Position numbers and translations under genes: made by a program. The notes beneath the pieces are model-generated. The model was not told where the DNA came from. It worked only from the letters and a program-made list of their open reading frames with translations, and did no database searches. A DNA stretch of 64,000 bases from assembly GCA_027483645.1 (NCBI GenBank), contig JAIXUD010000010.1, positions 1 to 64,000 of the forward strand, given 5' to 3'. Below, piece by piece: positions 1-13,360 of the stretch (position 1 is the first letter of the stretch; each line of letters begins with the position of its first letter). The stretch comes from Sphingobacteriales bacterium. GTDB taxonomy: Bacteria; Bacteroidota; Bacteroidia; Chitinophagales; CAIOSU01.

Positions 1-25
1 GGGGTATCCAAAACAAAAGCAAAAA

Positions 26-97
<72 letters not shown>

Positions 98-156
98 CTG
101 AAAGGTATTAGAGTATTATAATTATAAAACCTGATTTTTTTAAAAGTATCTCAGTC

Positions 157-1344
157 ATGGCAAAAGAAAAATTCATTAAAAACAAACCGCACGTTAACGT
201 AGGTACTATTGGCCACGTTGACCACGGTAAAACCACATTGACCGCTGCTATTACCACCGTATTGGGTAAGAAAGGCTTGAGCGCTTTGCGTTCATATGAT
301 TCAATCGACGCTGCTCCAGAAGAAAAAGAGCGTGGTATCACTATCAACACTGCTCACGTAGAGTATGAGACTTTGACCCGCCACTATGCACACGTTGATT
401 GCCCAGGTCACGCCGATTACATCAAGAACATGGTTACCGGTGCCGCTCAAATGGACGGTGCTATCTTGGTAGTAGCTGCAACTGACGGCCCGATGCCACA
501 AACCCGCGAGCACATTCTTTTGGCTCGTCAGGTAGGTGTACCTCAGATCGTTGTATTCATGAACAAAGTTGACTTGGTTGACGACCCTGAGTTGTTAGAG
601 CTAGTTGAAATGGAAGTTCGTGAATTGTTGAGCTTCTACGAGTTTGACGGTGATAACATCAGCGTAATCCAAGGTTCTGCTTTGAAAGGTTTGAACGGCG
701 ATCCAGAAGGTGTTGCTGCTATCGAGAAATTGATGGATGCAGTTGACAACGATATCCCAGTTCCTGCCCGTGCTATCGAGAAGCCTTTCCTAATGCCTGT
801 AGAGGACGTGTTCTCTATCACTGGCCGTGGAACTGTTGCTACTGGTAAAATCGAGCGTGGTGTAATCCACACTGGCGATCCAGTTGAAATCATTGGCTTG
901 CAAGAGGAAAAAATCAAATCAACCGTAACTGGTGTTGAGATGTTCCGTAAGATCCTTGACATTGGAGAAGCTGGCGAAAACGTTGGTATCCTGTTGCGTG
1001 GTATCGAGAAAACCGATATCAAACGTGGTATGGTTATTTGCGCCCCTGGTAGCATCACCCCTCACACTGAGTTCAAATGCGAAGTTTACGTATTGAGCAA
1101 AGAAGAAGGTGGTCGTCACACGCCATTCTTTAACAAATACCGTCCACAGTTTTACCTGCGTACTACCGACGTAACTGGCGAAATCACTTTGCCTGAGAAC
1201 GTTGAGATGGTAATGCCAGGTGATAACATCACCTTGACCGTTCAACTTATCTACCCTGTAGCTTTGGAGAAAGGTTTGCGTTTCGCTATCCGTGAAGGTG
1301 GCCGTACCGTAGGTGCCGGACAGGTAACTGAAATTTTGAAGTAA
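157..1344 (+). CDS. tuf: Elongation factor Tu
   Basis: 395-aa ORF with GHVDHGKT P-loop and DCPGHADY motifs; full-length EF-Tu. Confidence 0.98.
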   Translation: MAKEKFIKNKPHVNVGTIGHVDHGKTTLTAAITTVLGKKGLSALRSYDSIDAAPEEKERGITINTAHVEYETLTRHYAHVDCPGHADYIKNMVTGAAQMDGAILVVAATDGPMPQTREHILLARQVGVPQIVVFMNKVDLVDDPELLELVEMEVRELLSFYEFDGDNISVIQGSALKGLNGDPEGVAAIEKLMDAVDNDIPVPARAIEKPFLMPVEDVFSITGRGTVATGKIERGVIHTGDPVEIIGLQEEKIKSTVTGVEMFRKILDIGEAGENVGILLRGIEKTDIKRGMVICAPGSITPHTEFKCEVYVLSKEEGGRHTPFFNKYRPQFYLRTTDVTGEITLPENVEMVMPGDNITLTVQLIYPVALEKGLRFAIREGGRTVGAGQVTEILK

Positions 1345-1500
1345 GCTTTTCAGTATCAAGTAGCAAGTATCAAGTAGCAAGACCTGTTGCTTTGCCTATT
1401 GATAGTTACCGCTTGATGTCGAAATAGTGAATACAAGTATAGAGTATCAAGTGTCAGGATGAATAATCTTGATACTTGATACTCACTACTTGATACTAAT
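1345..1500. repeat. Direct and inverted decamer repeats (agtatcaagt / cttgatact) flanking the tRNA-Trp promoter region
   Basis: agtatcaagtagcaag occurs twice in tandem, with further agtatcaagt and inverted cttgatact(t) copies before the tRNA. Confidence 0.6.
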
Positions 1501-1505
1501 AACAA

Positions 1506-1578
1506 ACGGGTGTAGCTCAATTGGTAGAGTGTCGGTCTCCAAAACCGCAGGTTGGGGGTTCGAGTCCCTCCTCCCGTG
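1506..1578 (+). tRNA. tRNA-Trp (anticodon CCA)
   Basis: Anticodon loop ctCCAaa, T-arm gggggttcgagtccctc, D-arm gctcaattggtagagt. Canonical tRNA-Trp-secE-nusG arrangement. Confidence 0.85.
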
Positions 1579-1594
1579 CTAGATAAAAGAAACG

Positions 1595-1792
1595 ATGAAC
1601 AAGCTTTCATTATACATTCAGGAAGCTTACAACGAGCTGCTGAACAAAGTAACTTGGCCTACCTGGAAAGAGCTTCAAGAAAGCGCTTTGGTGGTATTGG
1701 TTGCTACGGTTATCATCACGTTGGTTGTGCTTGCCATGGATCTCACCTCGAGGTTCGTATTCGGTGGTATCTACGATTTACTGATAGGTTAA
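1595..1792 (+). CDS. secE: Preprotein translocase subunit SecE
   Basis: 65-aa ORF with a single C-terminal TM helix (LVVLVATVIITLVVLAM), sitting between tRNA-Trp and nusG. Confidence 0.85.
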   Translation: MNKLSLYIQEAYNELLNKVTWPTWKELQESALVVLVATVIITLVVLAMDLTSRFVFGGIYDLLIG

Positions 1793-1819
1793 GCATAACA
1801 AAGCAAAAAAAGTACAAGC

Positions 1820-2368
1820 ATGACCGCAGAAAATAAATGGTATGCTTTGAGGGTAATCAGTGGGCAAGAGCGTAAGCTGAGAGACTATATTGAGAACGAC
1901 GTAAAGCGTTCGAAATGGGACTCGGTGATAAAGCAGATACTGGTACCAACAGAGAAGGTATATAAGATACAGAACGGAAAGAAAGTTATCAAAGAGCGTA
2001 ACTTCTTGCCGGGCTATATTCTTGTTGAAGCCATAGAAGGTGGTATGAGCGCCGAGATGATCAGCAGCATTGCTGGCGTTACGGGAGTTATCCATTTCCT
2101 AGGCAAAGAGCATCCAACACCGTTGCGTGCATCTGAAGTAAACAGGATACTGGGTACAGTTGATGAAATGGAAGACGCTGGCGAAACAGCCAACGAGCCG
2201 TTTATTGTTGACGAGATGGTTCGCATCATTGATGGACCTTTCAACGACTTCAAAGGTACCATTGAGGAAGTGAATGAAGAGAAGAAAAAGCTCAAGGTGA
2301 TAGTGAAGATCTTTGGTCGTCGCCAACCTGTTGAGTTGAGTTTTATGCAAGTTGAGAAATTATCATAA
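1820..2368 (+). CDS. nusG: Transcription termination/antitermination factor NusG
   Basis: 182 aa with an NGN domain and C-terminal KOW (KVIVKIFGRRQPVELSF); conserved synteny. Confidence 0.95.
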   Translation: MTAENKWYALRVISGQERKLRDYIENDVKRSKWDSVIKQILVPTEKVYKIQNGKKVIKERNFLPGYILVEAIEGGMSAEMISSIAGVTGVIHFLGKEHPTPLRASEVNRILGTVDEMEDAGETANEPFIVDEMVRIIDGPFNDFKGTIEEVNEEKKKLKVIVKIFGRRQPVELSFMQVEKLS

Positions 2369-2377
2369 TTATTAGCA

Positions 2378-2824
2378 ATGGCTAAGGAAATAGAAACCTA
2401 TATTAAGTTGCAAGTAAAAGGTGGACAGGCGAACCCTGCACCTCCAATTGGTCCGGCCCTGGGTTCAAAGGGTTTGAACATCATGGACTTCTGCAAACAA
2501 TTCAACGCCCGTACCCAGGAGAAAATGGGCCAGGTATGTCCAGTGGTTATCACTGTTTACAAAGACAAGTCTTTTGACTTTGTAATCAAAACCCCACCAG
2601 CCTACACCTTGCTCGTTGAAGCCTCTAAGGTAAAACTTGGTAGCGCCGAGCCTAACCGTATCAAGGTTGGCAGCGTATCTTGGGACGACGTGAAGAAGAT
2701 TGCCGAGATTAAGATGCCAGACATGAACTGTTTCACGCTTGAGAGCGCCATGAAAATGGTAGCAGGCTCAGCGCGTAGCATGGGCATGACCGTAAGGGGC
2801 ACTGCACCTTGGGAAAAGAACTGA
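2378..2824 (+). CDS. rplK: 50S ribosomal protein L11
   Basis: 148 aa containing PPIGPALG. Confidence 0.97.
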   Translation: MAKEIETYIKLQVKGGQANPAPPIGPALGSKGLNIMDFCKQFNARTQEKMGQVCPVVITVYKDKSFDFVIKTPPAYTLLVEASKVKLGSAEPNRIKVGSVSWDDVKKIAEIKMPDMNCFTLESAMKMVAGSARSMGMTVRGTAPWEKN

Positions 2825-2851
2825 TACGTAATTAATTAAAACCCCATATAA

Positions 2852-3544
2852 GTGAAACTCACAAAACAACGTAAGGGAGTGCAGGGGAAAGTGGATAAAA
2901 CTAAGTTTTATTCGCTTACAGAGGCTTCGGCCTTGGTAAAAGATCTTACCAAGCTGAAATTTAACGCTTCTGTCGATCTGCACGTTAACCTTGGAGTGGA
3001 CCCCCGCAAAGCCGACCAGGCCGTACGCGGAACGGTGTCGCTTCCTGCCGGTACCGGCAAAGACAAAAAAGTATTGGTGCTATGCCCGCCTGAAAAGGAA
3101 GAAGAGGCAAAAGCTGCCGGTGCTGACTATGTTGGTCTGGACGAATATTCTGATAAGATCCTAGCCGGTTGGACCGATGTGGATGTAATCATCGCAACAC
3201 CTAGCGTGATGCCGAAGATTGCCCGCCTTGGCCGTATCCTGGGTCCACGTAACTTGATGCCAAACCCTAAGAGCGGCACTGTTACCAACGACGTAGGTGA
3301 AGCGGTAAAAGAAGTAAAGAAAGGTAAAATCGCGTTTAAGGTTGACAAGTTTGGAATTATCCACAGCTCAATCGGCCGCGTATCTTTCACCCCTGAGCAA
3401 ATTACGGAGAACGCCCGTGAGTTTTTGAACACACTATCTAAGATGAAGCCAGCTTCAGCCAAAGGCGTGTATTTTAAAAGCATAACCATGGCAAGCACCA
3501 TGAGCCCAGGTATCAAAATTGATGCAAAACAAATAACGGTTTGA
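2852..3544 (+). CDS. rplA: 50S ribosomal protein L1
   Basis: 230 aa, L1 family, correct synteny. Confidence 0.97.
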   Translation: MKLTKQRKGVQGKVDKTKFYSLTEASALVKDLTKLKFNASVDLHVNLGVDPRKADQAVRGTVSLPAGTGKDKKVLVLCPPEKEEEAKAAGADYVGLDEYSDKILAGWTDVDVIIATPSVMPKIARLGRILGPRNLMPNPKSGTVTNDVGEAVKEVKKGKIAFKVDKFGIIHSSIGRVSFTPEQITENAREFLNTLSKMKPASAKGVYFKSITMASTMSPGIKIDAKQITV

Positions 3545-3551
3545 TCTAGTT

Positions 3552-4079
3552 ATGAAACGTGAAGAAAAACAACAGATCATAGACGAATTGACGGTTCTAT
3601 TCGGTACTGAGCAAAACTATTACCTTGCTGATGCCAGTGGATTGAGCGCTTCTCAAGAAAGTAGCTTACGTCGTCTATGTTTCAATAAAGGAATTCAGCT
3701 ACGGGTAGCTAAGAATACCTTCATCTCAAAAGCGCTTCAGGCACAGAAAGCCGACTTGTCAAGCGTTTACAACCATCTAAGTGGACCGACTGCCATCTTT
3801 ATTTCTGAAGATATGAAGGCCCCTGCTAAATTGATTTTGGACTTCCGCAAGAAAGGCGTGAAACCAGAGTTGAAGGCAGCCATCATTGGCGGTACTGACG
3901 TGTTCATTGGTGACAACCAATTGGAGACCCTTACCAAGCTCAAAACCAAAAACGAGCTTATCGGCGAGGTTATCGGGTTGTTGCAATCCCCTGCCAAAAA
4001 TGTTATTTCTGCCCTACAAGGCAGCGCTGGTAACAAAATTGCAGGCCTTGTTAAAACATTACAGAATCGTCCAGAGTAA
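3552..4079 (+). CDS. rplJ: 50S ribosomal protein L10
   Basis: 175 aa, synteny rplA-rplJ-rplL. Confidence 0.95.
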   Translation: MKREEKQQIIDELTVLFGTEQNYYLADASGLSASQESSLRRLCFNKGIQLRVAKNTFISKALQAQKADLSSVYNHLSGPTAIFISEDMKAPAKLILDFRKKGVKPELKAAIIGGTDVFIGDNQLETLTKLKTKNELIGEVIGLLQSPAKNVISALQGSAGNKIAGLVKTLQNRPE

Positions 4080-4142
4080 TCTGAACTTTTTAGAAGATAT
4101 TACCATTATTATTTACCATAACCCTTTTCAAAACTCAGTGAA

Positions 4143-4520
4143 ATGGCGGATTTGAATTCAATTGCCGAACAATTAGTAAACCTTACCGTTAAGGAAGTTA
4201 ACGAGCTTGCTGCCATCTTGAAAGATCAATACGGTATTGAGCCTGCTGCTGCTGCAGTTGTATCTGCTGGCCCTGCGGCTGGTGGTGCTGCTGAAGAAGT
4301 TGTAGCTAAAACATCTTTTGACGTAATTCTTAAAGCCGCTGGTGCCAACAAATTGGCCGTAGTTAAGCTTGTAAAAGAATTGACTGGTCTTGGCTTGAAA
4401 GAAGCTAAAGATTTGGTTGACGCTGCTCCGAAGCCTTTGAAAGAAGGAACTTCGAAAGACGACGCCGATGCATTGGTAGCTAAGCTTACCGAAGCTGGTG
4501 CCGAAGTAGAAGTTAAGTAA
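4143..4520 (+). CDS. rplL: 50S ribosomal protein L7/L12
   Basis: 125 aa with an Ala-rich hinge and the C-terminal L12 domain ([19 protein letters not shown]). Confidence 0.97.
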   Translation: MADLNSIAEQLVNLTVKEVNELAAILKDQYGIEPAAAAVVSAGPAAGGAAEEVVAKTSFDVILKAAGANKLAVVKLVKELTGLGLKEAKDLVDAAPKPLKEGTSKDDADALVAKLTEAGAEVEVK

Positions 4521-4528
4521 GGTCTGAT

Positions 4529-4543
4529 GCGCCCCTTGGGCGC
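4529..4543 (+). terminator. GC-rich hairpin after rplL (attenuator-like, no U-tract)
   Basis: gcgccc-ctt-gggcgc stem-loop; no T-run follows, so a partial terminator or processing site before rpoB is likely. Confidence 0.35.
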
Positions 4544-4616
4544 GTCCAACAAATCAATGGGTTTAGTGTGTCTACACTAAACCTATTCGTTGTATATCTA
4601 AAAGCATACCCTATTT

Positions 4617-7600
4617 ATGGCTCAATCGCAAAATGCTCAGGAACGGATTAACTTTGGCCGAATAACCAAACACTCCGATTACCCTGATTTGCTGGAGATC
4701 CAATTGAAATCGTTTAAGGACTTTTTCCAATTGGAAACTACAGCCGAAAACAGGAAGGAAGAAGGACTATATAATGTATTCCAAGAAAACTTCCCCATCA
4801 GCGACGCCCGGAACATTTTCGTTCTGGAGTTCTTAGACTACTTTATCGACCCTCCGCGCTACACCATGGAGGAATGTATTGATAGGGGGTTGACCTATGC
4901 ATTGCCGCTCAAAGCCAAATTGCGCCTGTCGTGTAACGATGAGGAGCACGTCGATTTTGAGACTATTGTACAAGACGTATTTCTTGGCAACATTCCATAC
5001 ATGACCCCTAAGGGTACGTTTATTGTAAACGGCGCTGAGAGGATTATTGTATCTCAATTGCACCGTTCACCTGGTGTGTTTTTTGGCCAAAGCTTTCACC
5101 CGAACGGAACCAAGATTTATTCCGCACGGGTAATCCCGTTTAAGGGAGCTTGGATGGAGTTTGCCACCGATATCAATAACGTGATGTATGCGTACATTGA
5201 CCGTAAGAAGAAATTCCCGGTTACCACGTTGCTGCGCGCTATCGGTTTCGATAATGATAAAGACATCCTGCAATTGTTTGGCCTAGCCGATGAGCTGAAG
5301 CTGAACAAGAAAAACGTAGCATCGTTGGTAGGCCGCAAGCTTGCCGCAAGGGTGTTGCGTAGCTGGGTTGAGGATTTTGTGGATGAGGATACCGGTGAGG
5401 TGGTTTCTATCGAGCGTAACGAAGTTATTCTTGAGCGCGATACCATCCTTAACGAGGACAACATCCGCCAGGTAATGGATATGGACATCGACACTGTTAT
5501 TCTTCAGAAAGAAGAGATGAGTGCAGATTACTCCATTATCTACAACACGTTGCAAAAAGATACTTCTAACTCTGAGTTGGAAGCCGTGCAACATATCTAC
5601 CGCCAATTACGTGGTAGCGATCCACCGGATGACGAGACCGCGCGTGGCATTATCGAGAAGTTGTTCTTCAGCGATAAACGTTACGATTTGGGCGAAGTTG
5701 GCCGCTACAAAATCAACAAGAAGCTATTGCTGAATACCTCTGATGAGACCAAGGTTCTAACGAAGCAGGATATCATCGAGATTGTTAAGTACCTAGTTCG
5801 CTTGATTAACAGCAAAGCCGAGGTGGATGATATTGACCACTTGAGCAACCGCCGTGTACGTACCGTTGGCGAGCAGTTGTTTGCCCAGTTCGGTGTTGGT
5901 TTGGCCCGTATGGCGCGTACCATCCGCGAACGTATGAACGTGCGTGATAATGAGGTGTTTACCCCAATCGATTTGATCAACGCGAGGACTTTGTCTTCAG
6001 TTATCAACTCGTTCTTCGGTACCAGCCAGTTGTCACAGTTCTTGGATCAAACCAATCCGCTATCGGAAATCACCCACAAGCGTCGTATATCGGCCCTAGG
6101 GCCAGGCGGTTTGAGCCGTGAGCGTGCAGGCTTCGAAGTAAGGGACGTACACTATAGCCACTACGGTCGCTTGTGTACCATCGAAACTCCGGAAGGCCCG
6201 AACATCGGTTTGATAAGCACCCTTTGCGTACACGCTAAAGTGAACCGCATGGGCTTTATCGAAACTCCTTACCGCCCGGTAACGAACGGTATTGTTGATG
6301 TTGATGGTAGCCGTTATTTGTCAGCGGAAGAGGAGGATACCAACGTTATCGCACAGGCAAACGCCATAATCGATAAAAAAGGTAACTTCCTAAGCGACCG
6401 TATTAAGAGCCGTCACCATGGTGACTTCCCTATATCTACCGCCACTGAGCTTCAGTTCATGGATATTTCCCCTAACCAAATTGTGGGTGTATCTGCTTCC
6501 TTGATTCCTTTCTTGGAGAATGATGATGCAAACAGGGCTTTGATGGGATCGAACATGCAACGCCAGGCAGTGCCGTTGTTGGTGCCACAAGCACCTATCG
6601 TGGGTACTGGTTTGGAGAAAGTTGTAGCTACCGACTCTCGCTTGCTACTGAACGCCGAGCGCGCTGGTGTGGTGGAGTATGTAGATGCCGATACCATTAT
6701 CGTGAAATATGACTCAACCCCTGAGGAGGATTTGTTGAGCTTTGTGAGCAGTACCAAAACGTACAACCTTACCAAGTTTAAGAAAACCAACCAAGGTACC
6801 TGTATCAACTTGAAACCTATTGTTCGTAAAGGACAGGCGGTTAAGTTTGGCCAGTTGCTTTGCGAAGGATATGCTACTGATAATGGCGAGTTGGCCCTTG
6901 GCCGTAACTTGAAAGTGGCGTTCATGCCATGGAAAGGTTACAACTTCGAGGATGCTATCGTACTTTCGGAGCGTGTGGTAAAAGAGGACATCTTTACTTC
7001 GGTGCATATTGAAGAGTATGAGCTGGAAGTGCGTGATACCAAGCTTGGCGAAGAGGAACTGACTCCAGATATCCCTAACGTAAGCGAAGACGCAACCAAA
7101 GACCTTGATGAGCACGGTATTATCCGTATCGGTGCCCACATTAAGGAAGGCGATATCCTTATCGGTAAAATTACCCCTAAGGGCGAAACCGACCCAACAC
7201 CTGAGGAGAAGCTTTTGAGAGCTATCTTCGGTGACAAGGCCGGCGACGTAAAAGACGCAAGCTTGAAAGCACCTCCGAGCACCAAAGGCGTAGTTATCGA
7301 CAAGAAACTATTTGCCCGTGCCAAGAAGGACAAAACAGCTAAAACCCGTGAAAAGGTACAGTTGGATAAGCTGGAAGGCGAGCACAAGAAAGCTAAAGAA
7401 GCGGTAATTGATACCCTTGTTGACAAACTTTCGAAAGTGCTTAAGGATAAATCTTCTGCAGGCGTGATAAACGTTTATAAAGAGGAAGTGGTGCCTAAAG
7501 GCGTGAAATACAGCCAAAAACTGTTGAAAGACCTTGATTACGATAACATCGACTTCAACAACTGGACGAAGGACGAAGATGTGAATAGCGACGTTAAAGC

Positions 7601-8423
7601 CGTGTTGCACAACTTTAAACTACGCTTGAGCGAAGAAGTAGGCCGTTACAAGCGCGAGAAATTCAACATCAGCATTGGCGATGAGCTACCTGCTGGCGTA
7701 TTGAAACTTGCGAAGGTTTATTTGGCTAAAAAACGTAAGCTGAAAGTAGGTGATAAATTGGCAGGTCGCCACGGTAACAAGGGTATTGTAGCCCGTATCG
7801 TTCGTGACGAGGATATGCCATTCCTAGAAGACGGCACCCCGGTGGATATCGTATTGAATCCACTTGGTGTACCTTCAAGGATGAACCTTGGACAGATTTA
7901 CGAGACCGTATTGGGCTGGGCCGGTCAAAAAATGGGTGTTAAATATGGCACTCCAATCTTTGACGGAGCAACGCTTGATCAGATTGAAGAAGAAGTACAA
8001 AAAGCTGGTCTTCCATCGTACGGACAAACATACCTGTACGACGGCGAAACAGGCGACCGTTTCCACCAGAAGGCTACTGTAGGTGTTATCTACATGCTGA
8101 AACTGGCACACATGGTGGACGACAAGATGCACGCACGTTCAATCGGACCATACTCACTTATCACTCAACAGCCGCTTGGCGGTAAGGCCCAATTCGGTGG
8201 CCAGCGTTTGGGTGAGATGGAAGTGTGGGCACTCGAGGCCTACGGTGCTGCGAACATCTTGCAGGAGTTGCTTACCATTAAGTCGGATGATATTGTGGGC
8301 CGTGCAAAAGCCTACGAAGCCATCGTTAAAGGTGACAACCTTCCTCGCCCGGGCATCCCAGAATCATTCAACGTGTTAGTACACGAGTTGCGTGGTTTGG
8401 GCTTGGAGCTCAGTTTTGAATAA
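4617..8423 (+). CDS. rpoB: DNA-directed RNA polymerase subunit beta
   Basis: 1268 aa with conserved beta-subunit motifs ([22 protein letters not shown]). Confidence 0.99.
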   Translation: MAQSQNAQERINFGRITKHSDYPDLLEIQLKSFKDFFQLETTAENRKEEGLYNVFQENFPISDARNIFVLEFLDYFIDPPRYTMEECIDRGLTYALPLKAKLRLSCNDEEHVDFETIVQDVFLGNIPYMTPKGTFIVNGAERIIVSQLHRSPGVFFGQSFHPNGTKIYSARVIPFKGAWMEFATDINNVMYAYIDRKKKFPVTTLLRAIGFDNDKDILQLFGLADELKLNKKNVASLVGRKLAARVLRSWVEDFVDEDTGEVVSIERNEVILERDTILNEDNIRQVMDMDIDTVILQKEEMSADYSIIYNTLQKDTSNSELEAVQHIYRQLRGSDPPDDETARGIIEKLFFSDKRYDLGEVGRYKINKKLLLNTSDETKVLTKQDIIEIVKYLVRLINSKAEVDDIDHLSNRRVRTVGEQLFAQFGVGLARMARTIRERMNVRDNEVFTPIDLINARTLSSVINSFFGTSQLSQFLDQTNPLSEITHKRRISALGPGGLSRERAGFEVRDVHYSHYGRLCTIETPEGPNIGLISTLCVHAKVNRMGFIETPYRPVTNGIVDVDGSRYLSAEEEDTNVIAQANAIIDKKGNFLSDRIKSRHHGDFPISTATELQFMDISPNQIVGVSASLIPFLENDDANRALMGSNMQRQAVPLLVPQAPIVGTGLEKVVATDSRLLLNAERAGVVEYVDADTIIVKYDSTPEEDLLSFVSSTKTYNLTKFKKTNQGTCINLKPIVRKGQAVKFGQLLCEGYATDNGELALGRNLKVAFMPWKGYNFEDAIVLSERVVKEDIFTSVHIEEYELEVRDTKLGEEELTPDIPNVSEDATKDLDEHGIIRIGAHIKEGDILIGKITPKGETDPTPEEKLLRAIFGDKAGDVKDASLKAPPSTKGVVIDKKLFARAKKDKTAKTREKVQLDKLEGEHKKAKEAVIDTLVDKLSKVLKDKSSAGVINVYKEEVVPKGVKYSQKLLKDLDYDNIDFNNWTKDEDVNSDVKAVLHNFKLRLSEEVGRYKREKFNISIGDELPAGVLKLAKVYLAKKRKLKVGDKLAGRHGNKGIVARIVRDEDMPFLEDGTPVDIVLNPLGVPSRMNLGQIYETVLGWAGQKMGVKYGTPIFDGATLDQIEEEVQKAGLPSYGQTYLYDGETGDRFHQKATVGVIYMLKLAHMVDDKMHARSIGPYSLITQQPLGGKAQFGGQRLGEMEVWALEAYGAANILQELLTIKSDDIVGRAKAYEAIVKGDNLPRPGIPESFNVLVHELRGLGLELSFE

Positions 8424-8455
8424 TATTAGGTTAACCTCATTTCAAAGGAGTTGAT

Positions 8456-11400
8456 ATGCCTTTAGTAAAGGATAAAAAAGCAACCAATACCTTTAACAAA
8501 ATCATCATAAGCCTAGCGTCTCCAGATAGTATTCTGGAGCGCTCTTATGGTGAAGTGTTGAAGCCTGAAACCATCAACTACCGTACTTATAAACCAGAGC
8601 GCGACGGCCTTTTTTGCGAACGCATTTTCGGCCCGGTGAAGGATTATGAGTGCTATTGCGGTAAGTACAAGCGTATCCGTTATAAGGGTATTGTGTGCGA
8701 CCGTTGCGGTGTTGAGGTAACAGAAAAGAAAGTACGCCGTGAGCGCATGGGCCACATCAAGTTGGTGGTGCCTGTGGTGCACATTTGGTACTTCAAATCA
8801 TTGCCAAACAAGATTGGTTATTTGCTCGGCATTTCATCCAAGAAGCTGGAAACTATTGTTTATTATGAGCGATATGTGGTAATTCAGCCGGGTGTTGCTG
8901 CCGCTTACGAAGACCAGAAAGGTACCCCAATAGAGTACTTGTCATTGCTTTCGGAAGAAGAATACTTGGATACCTTGGACAAATTGCCTCCAGGAAACCA
9001 AGTATTGGATGACAACGACCCAAACAAATTCATCGCTAAAATGGGCGCAGATGCTATCCGCGACCTATTGGCCCGTATCGAGCTTGACGAGTTGTCATAC
9101 AGCCTTCGTCACCAAGCTGCCAACGAGACCTCACAACAGCGTAAAGCTGAGGCCTTGAAGCGCTTGAGCGTAGTAGAAGCTTTCCGTGATGCCAATGGCC
9201 GCATAGAAAACAAGCCTGAGTGGATGGTAATTCAATACCTTCCAGTGATACCACCAGAGTTGCGCCCGTTGGTGCCGCTTGATGGTGGCCGTTTCGCCAG
9301 CTCGGATTTGAACGATCTTTACCGTCGGGTAATTATCCGTAACAACCGCTTGAAGCGCCTTATCGAGATTAAAGCGCCTGAAGTGATTTTGCGTAACGAG
9401 AAACGCATGTTGCAAGAAGCTGTTGACTCCTTGTTCGACAACAGCCGCAAATCCAATGCCGTGAAGGCTGAGGGTGGCCGCGCGCTGAAATCGTTGAGCG
9501 ACGTGTTGAAAGGTAAGCAAGGTCGTTTCCGTCAGAACTTGTTGGGTAAACGTGTCGATTACTCTGGCCGTTCGGTTATTGTGGTTGGCCCTACTTTGAA
9601 ATTGCACGAGTGCGGTCTTCCAAAAGACATGGCAGCCGAGCTTTTCAAGCCGTTTGTTATCCGTAAGTTGATTGAGCGCGGTATTGTTAAGACTGTAAAA
9701 TCTGCCAAAAAATTGGTTGACCGCAAGGAGCCAGTAATTTGGGAGATACTAGAAAATATCCTGAAAGGTCACCCAGTATTGTTGAACAGGGCACCAACGC
9801 TTCACAGGTTGTCAATGCAATCATTCCAGCCTAAGCTGATTGAGGGCAAGGCCATCCAGTTGCACCCATTGGTATGTTCTGGTTTCAACGCCGACTTTGA
9901 CGGTGACCAAATGGCAGTGCACGTTCCGTTGAGCAACGCTGCTATCTTGGAAGCCCAAATGTTAATGTTGTCTTCGCACAACATCTTGAACCCGCAGAAC
10001 GGTGATCCAGTTACCCTTCCTTCTCAGGACATGGTATTGGGCCTTTATTATATGACTAAAGGCCGCCGCACTACCGAAACTGAAAAGGTTCGTGGTGAAG
10101 GCAAAACGTTCTATTCCAACGAGGAAGTTATTATTGCCTACAATGAAGGCCGTATTGACATGCACGCTTGGATTAAAGTGCGCGTTACGATTAAGAGCGA
10201 AACCAGCACTAAACTTGAATCAAGGATTATAGAAACTACTGTAGGCCGTATACTCTTCAATGAAGTGGTACCACCTGAAGTAGGATATATGAACGTGTTG
10301 CTTACCAAAAAAGCATTGCGTGTTGTAATCTCTACTATCGTTCGTGAAACGGATGTACCTCGTACCGCTGCTTTCTTGGATGATATTAAGGACCTAGGTT
10401 TCCGTTGGGCATTCCGCGGTGGTCTATCGTTCAACCTTGCGGATTTGATTGTACCGAAAGAGAAAACTCCATTGCTGGATAAAGCCCAGTTGGAAGTGGA
10501 CGAAGTTTGGGACAACTACCAAATGGGTTTGATTACCAACAACGAGCGTTATAACCAAACGATTGACATCTGGACACGTGCGAACACCCGCTTGACGGAA
10601 GTAACACTACACCAGTTGGCTACCGACCGCCAAGGTTTTAACTCTGTGTTCATGATGCTTGACTCAGGCGCAAGGGGCTCGAAAGAGCAGATTCGCCAGT
10701 TGAGCGGTATGAGGGGTTTGATGGCCAAGCCGCGTAAATCGGGCAGCACCGGTTCAGAGATTATCGAGAACCCAATTCTATCGAACTTGAAAGAAGGTCT
10801 GTCGGTATTGGAGTACTTTATCTCTACCCACGGTGCCCGTAAAGGTTTGGCTGATACAGCTTTGAAAACCGCTGATGCGGGTTACCTAACCCGCCGTTTG
10901 GTGGACGTAGCCCAAGATGTGGTAATTACTGAAGAAGATTGCGGCACATTGCGTGGTATTGCTATCGCTGCGTTGAAAGACAACGAGGATATAGTAGAGC
11001 CATTGACTGACCGTATTTTTGGCCGCGTAAGCTTGCACGATGTACAGCACCCGCTTACCGGTGAGATATTGGTGAAAGCCGGTGAAGAAATTTCTGACTT
11101 GATTGCGCAGCAAATTGATGGTACTGCTATCGACGTTGTGGAGATTCGCTCGGTGCTAACCTGCGAAACCAAACAAGGTGTTTGTGTGAAGTGTTATGGT
11201 CGTCACTTGGCCAACAACCGTATGGCGCAAGCCGGTGATGCCGTGGGCATTATTGGTGCACAGTCAATCGGTGAGCCAGGTACACAGTTGACACTACGTA
11301 CCTTCCACGTGGGTGGTACCGCATCCAACATCGCTACAGAGTCTCAATTGGTTGCCAAGTTTGATGGCGTGATTGAGTTCGATAGCATCCGCTCTATTGA

Positions 11401-12769
11401 GTTCGTAGATGCACAAGGCGAGAAGAGCTTGAAAGTATTGGGCCGTACCGGTGAGATCAAAATCAACGACGAGTCTGGTAAAAACTTGAAAACCGATCAC
11501 GTATCCTATGGCTCTGAGCTATTGGTGAAAGACGGACAGAAGGTGAAGAAAGGTGACGCTCTTGCTTCTTGGGATCCTTACAACGCGGTAATCATTTCTG
11601 AGATTAGCGGTAAAGTAGAGTTTGATAACTTGATAGAAGGTGTTACTTACCGTGAGGAATCGGACGAACAGACCGGTCACCGCGAGAAAGTAATCATTGA
11701 GAGCCGTGATAAGCGTAAGATTCCGGGCTTGAACGTGAAAGGCAAAGCCGACGTGAAACAGTACAACACACCAGTAGGTGCGCACGTAGTGGTAAACGAT
11801 GGGGACGCTATTAAACCAGGTGAGGTATTGATTAAGATTCCTCGCGTATTGGGCAAGGTTCGAGATATTACCGGTGGTCTTCCACGTGTAACTGAGTTGT
11901 TTGAAGCCCGTAACCCATCTAACCCGGCAGTAGTGTCGGAGATTGACGGTGTGGTAGCGTTCGGCTCAATTAAACGTGGTAACCGTGAGATTTTGATCGA
12001 AAGCAAAGAAGGCCAAGTACGCAAGTACATGGTGCCGCTTACCAAGCACATTTTGGTTCAGGAGAACGACTTTATAAAAGCCGGTACTTCTCTATCAGAA
12101 GGCGCTATTACCCCAGGCGACATTCTTTCTATCAAAGGACCATTTGCCGTACAAGAGTATTTGGTGAACGAGATACAAGAGGTTTACCGCTTGCAAGGTG
12201 TGCGTATTAATGACAAGCACATTGAGACCATCGTACGCCAAATGATGCGTAAAGTAATGATTCTGGATGCCGGTGATACCCGTTTCCTTGAGAATGAACC
12301 AGTTGACAAATTTGAGTTCATTGAAGAGAACGACCGTATTTTCGACAAGAAGGTTATTACTGACCGCGGCGATAGCGAGAACCTGCGTGTAGGCCAAATT
12401 GTTACCGTTCGTCAGATTCGTGAAGAAAACTCTTTGCTGAAACGTAGCGATAAAAAAGCGGTTGAGTATCGTGATGCTGCGGCTGCCATTTCGGAGCCAA
12501 TGCTACAAGGTATTACTCGAGCCTCTTTGGGTACGCAAAGCTGGATTTCGGCTGCGTCGTTCCAAGAAACCACCAAAGTATTGAGCACTGCATCAATTGC
12601 AGCCCGCGAAGACTTGTTGTTGGGCTTGAAGGAGAACGTGATTATCGGTCACCAAATTCCTGCAGGTACTGGTATGCGCCGCTTTGCTGACGTTATCGTT
12701 GGCTCTCGCGAAGAGTACGACCGCTTAACTGAGTCTCGCAAGGCCCAGGAAGTAGCCATCGAAGATTAA
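8456..12769 (+). CDS. rpoC: DNA-directed RNA polymerase subunit beta'
   Basis: 1437 aa with the [12 protein letters not shown] catalytic motif and zinc-binding cysteines. Confidence 0.99.
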   Translation: MPLVKDKKATNTFNKIIISLASPDSILERSYGEVLKPETINYRTYKPERDGLFCERIFGPVKDYECYCGKYKRIRYKGIVCDRCGVEVTEKKVRRERMGHIKLVVPVVHIWYFKSLPNKIGYLLGISSKKLETIVYYERYVVIQPGVAAAYEDQKGTPIEYLSLLSEEEYLDTLDKLPPGNQVLDDNDPNKFIAKMGADAIRDLLARIELDELSYSLRHQAANETSQQRKAEALKRLSVVEAFRDANGRIENKPEWMVIQYLPVIPPELRPLVPLDGGRFASSDLNDLYRRVIIRNNRLKRLIEIKAPEVILRNEKRMLQEAVDSLFDNSRKSNAVKAEGGRALKSLSDVLKGKQGRFRQNLLGKRVDYSGRSVIVVGPTLKLHECGLPKDMAAELFKPFVIRKLIERGIVKTVKSAKKLVDRKEPVIWEILENILKGHPVLLNRAPTLHRLSMQSFQPKLIEGKAIQLHPLVCSGFNADFDGDQMAVHVPLSNAAILEAQMLMLSSHNILNPQNGDPVTLPSQDMVLGLYYMTKGRRTTETEKVRGEGKTFYSNEEVIIAYNEGRIDMHAWIKVRVTIKSETSTKLESRIIETTVGRILFNEVVPPEVGYMNVLLTKKALRVVISTIVRETDVPRTAAFLDDIKDLGFRWAFRGGLSFNLADLIVPKEKTPLLDKAQLEVDEVWDNYQMGLITNNERYNQTIDIWTRANTRLTEVTLHQLATDRQGFNSVFMMLDSGARGSKEQIRQLSGMRGLMAKPRKSGSTGSEIIENPILSNLKEGLSVLEYFISTHGARKGLADTALKTADAGYLTRRLVDVAQDVVITEEDCGTLRGIAIAALKDNEDIVEPLTDRIFGRVSLHDVQHPLTGEILVKAGEEISDLIAQQIDGTAIDVVEIRSVLTCETKQGVCVKCYGRHLANNRMAQAGDAVGIIGAQSIGEPGTQLTLRTFHVGGTASNIATESQLVAKFDGVIEFDSIRSIEFVDAQGEKSLKVLGRTGEIKINDESGKNLKTDHVSYGSELLVKDGQKVKKGDALASWDPYNAVIISEISGKVEFDNLIEGVTYREESDEQTGHREKVIIESRDKRKIPGLNVKGKADVKQYNTPVGAHVVVNDGDAIKPGEVLIKIPRVLGKVRDITGGLPRVTELFEARNPSNPAVVSEIDGVVAFGSIKRGNREILIESKEGQVRKYMVPLTKHILVQENDFIKAGTSLSEGAITPGDILSIKGPFAVQEYLVNEIQEVYRLQGVRINDKHIETIVRQMMRKVMILDAGDTRFLENEPVDKFEFIEENDRIFDKKVITDRGDSENLRVGQIVTVRQIREENSLLKRSDKKAVEYRDAAAAISEPMLQGITRASLGTQSWISAASFQETTKVLSTASIAAREDLLLGLKENVIIGHQIPAGTGMRRFADVIVGSREEYDRLTESRKAQEVAIED

Positions 12770-12810
12770 TATTGTTCCTTACTTGCCGAATGGCATGATA
12801 TCCTAAGAAA

Positions 12811-12838
12811 GGTAGCTGCGCAAGTGGCTACCTTTTTT
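12811..12838 (+). terminator. Rho-independent terminator after rpoC
   Basis: ggtagc-tgcgcaagtg-gctacc hairpin followed by tttttt. Confidence 0.7.
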
Positions 12839-12844
12839 AATTTT

Positions 12845-12957
12845 AGTTGCGAGTTGATAGTTACGAGTTACAAGTTGGCAGTAGTAATACGGGAGAATAA
12901 TTTCCTGTAGTATTATGCTTAAAAGAACTCGCAACCCGTAACTCGTAACTCGCAACT
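12845..12957. repeat. Palindromic element built from CGTAACT/CGCAACT heptad repeats (inverted arms)
   Basis: Left arm agttgcgagttgatagttacgagttacaag and right arm aactcgcaacccgtaactcgtaactcgcaact are reverse-complement related. The same heptad motif recurs at 15341, 20827 and 23551. Confidence 0.6.
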
Positions 12958-13011
12958 ACTTTTCCATTTTTTTCCCGTAAAATTGTATTCCATAAAATAA
13001 GAACTATAGCA

Positions 13012-13332
13012 ATGGCCGAAATTCAAGATCCAAACCAGAACCAACTCAATATTGAGTTGAGCGAAGAGATAGCAGAAGGTGTGTATTCCAACCTTGCCAT
13101 CATTACCCACAGTAACGCAGAGTTCGTAGTGGACTTTATACGCGTAATGCCGGGTGTACCGAAGGCGAAAGTAAAGTCGCGCATCATTCTTACCCCGCAG
13201 CACGCCAAGCGCCTGTTGCGCGCCATGAGCGACAACATTAAGAAATACGAGCAGGCGCACGGTACTATCGAAGAAGATGAGAGCTACCCTGGAATGCCAT
13301 TGAACTTTGGCACGCCAACAGCACAGGCTTAA
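13012..13332 (+). CDS. DUF3467 domain protein
   Basis: 106-aa ORF; family commonly found after rpoC in Bacteroidetes. Call rests on family memory, not a search. Confidence 0.6.
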   Translation: MAEIQDPNQNQLNIELSEEIAEGVYSNLAIITHSNAEFVVDFIRVMPGVPKAKVKSRIILTPQHAKRLLRAMSDNIKKYEQAHGTIEEDESYPGMPLNFGTPTAQA

Positions 13333-13360
13333 TCAGCCACCATTTTGCGCCAATAAAAAA

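Noticed and set aside
4833-12397. Numerous reverse-strand or alternative-frame ORFs inside rpoB and rpoC
   Set aside because: They are shadow ORFs within highly conserved essential genes.
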